A stretch of DNA of 61,818 bases, filler included, from Sphacelaria rigidula (taxonomy: Eukaryota), in assembly GCA_964200075.2 (NCBI GenBank). It is 8 parts of 8 records of this genome, joined end to end, with 100 filler letters (N's around TTAATTAATTAA, not from the genome) between each part and the next. Parts side by side here need not be neighbours in the genome. Positions count along the whole stretch, not along the records: positions 54,180 to 61,818 come from CAXNAA020013982.1; 7 more parts are not named here. One strand, 5' to 3'. The position numbers were made by a program, and so were the translations under genes. Within the stretch, counting starts at the first letter, position 1, and each line of letters starts with the position of its first letter. The notes below the pieces were generated by a model, which was not told the DNA's origin, searched no databases, and saw only the letters and a list, made by a program, of their open reading frames with translations. Below are positions 61,264 through 61,818 of the stretch, in pieces.

Positions 61264-61818
61264 GGGGGGGGGGTATACTTATGCATGATCTTGCATGCCA
61301 TAGTCGTAAGACCCTTGACCTCGCATCCCTACACAACCGGGACGGAGCACGCCGGGTTTTCGCCAGACTAAGCTCGCAATCACCAAGCGCGAGGCGCCGT
61401 TGTGTGTTCGGCGAGTATCATCGAGGGTGAGTTGCATTTTACCAAGATTGTTCGGCCCAAAGCGCAATATTATCTTGCAAATGGATGACAGCGAATGAGC
61501 AGTTTCATTTTCTGGTAACGCCACTTTCAGAGACAGCCACGGGTTACACTACCTCATGGGCTATCACGTGGATAATGAACACGACTGGATTCCTGGGGTT
61601 CTCACAGTCAAACACTACGCGGTACGATCTAGCTCGACCACCATCATGATTACAAAAGAAAAAAACTCGAGCGACAAAAAAAAAAACTGGTTGACTAGCT
61701 TGGGCAGTGAGAGGTGTGTTTTACAGCGTCGTTGCCAAACGTCGCCAACCCTTCAAGGGGCGACAGGGGGGGGGCGTACTCATTTGTTGCTTGCCTTAGT
61801 CGTTTGACCATTGACCAC
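61264..61818 (-). mobile_element. Family B long copy (61264-61765) followed by a short copy (61766-end)
   Basis: Homology to 7813-8330 and 8345-8417. Confidence 0.72.

Overview
Eukaryotic, intron-rich, repeat-rich nuclear DNA. Gene structure and repeat style suggest a brown alga or related stramenopile (inference only). The window is not one locus: it is eight contigs of 7640 bp (x6) and 7639 bp (x2) joined by 100-nt N linkers carrying TTAATTAATTAA, i.e. a size-sorted concatenation, so adjacency across gaps is meaningless. Host gene fragments reconstructed with phase-consistent GT-AG exons: a RecQ helicase with a RECQL4/bacterial-type C-terminus (5 exons), a Popeye-type cNMP-binding protein with a duplicated C-terminal helical module (5 exons), the last two exons of ubiquitin E1 (UBA1) and four exons of proteasome ATPase RPT5. 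Mobile DNA: a near-complete chromodomain Ty3/Gypsy element with a tRNA-Ser PBS, a decayed RTE-type LINE, a gag remnant, two tRNA-derived SINE families, a poly(C)-tailed retroposon family that inserts at CAGGGG tracts, and several MITE/foldback elements. Most interesting leads: the G-tract-targeting poly(C)-tailed retroposon (filled and empty sites both present), a candidate gag-pol stop-readthrough signal, the Popeye architecture, and a repeated unit carrying an unknown small ORF. No CRISPR, rRNA or intact tRNA genes were found.
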